A DNA stretch of 64,000 nt from the human T2T-CHM13v2.0 reference genome, Homo sapiens: assembly GCF_009914755.1 (NCBI RefSeq), contig NC_060925.1. The stretch is one strand, 5' to 3'. This document shows positions 63,894-64,000 of the stretch, in pieces. The notes under the pieces are model-generated. The model saw only the letters and a list, made by a program, of their open reading frames with translations, ran no database searches and was not told the DNA's origin. Within the stretch, counting starts at the first letter, position 1. The number at the start of each line of letters is the position of its first letter. Made by a program: the position numbers and the translations under genes.

Positions 63894-64000
63894 TGGCCAG
63901 GCACAGTGGCTCATGCGTGTAATCCCTGTACTTTGGGAGGCTGAGACAGGGGGATCACTTGAGGCCAGGAGTTGGAGACCAGCCTGGCCAACATGGCAAA
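63894..64000 (+). mobile_element. Alu, left arm, cut by the window end
   Basis: ggccaggcacagtggctc...gagaccagcctggccaacatgg. Confidence 0.9.

Overview
Human (primate) genomic DNA, AT-rich, mostly intronic or intergenic and dominated by repeats. No host protein-coding gene could be identified; there are only a few weak splice-site-bounded candidate exons. The main features are two near-full-length minus-strand LINE-1s about 14.3 kb apart. (1) An L1HS pre-Ta element (27071-33106) with open ORF1, ORF2 and ORF0. It sits at the same endonuclease site as an older 5'-truncated L1, and both lie inside a Tigger1 DNA transposon. (2) A mutated L1PA3-type element (about 41103-47209) that keeps the ~129-bp ZNF93-site segment, carries a 3' transduction (possibly serial), and has a 284-bp ORF1/spacer deletion inside a patch identical to the neighbouring L1HS. 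That patch suggests local L1-to-L1 gene conversion, or an assembly artefact. The rest is Alus, MIR/L2/L1M remnants, solo LTRs (some nested), MER/Tigger/Charlie DNA elements and simple repeats. I see no convincing new biological system; the most interesting signals concern retroelement mechanics. Subfamily names come from recalled consensus sequences, not from a database search.
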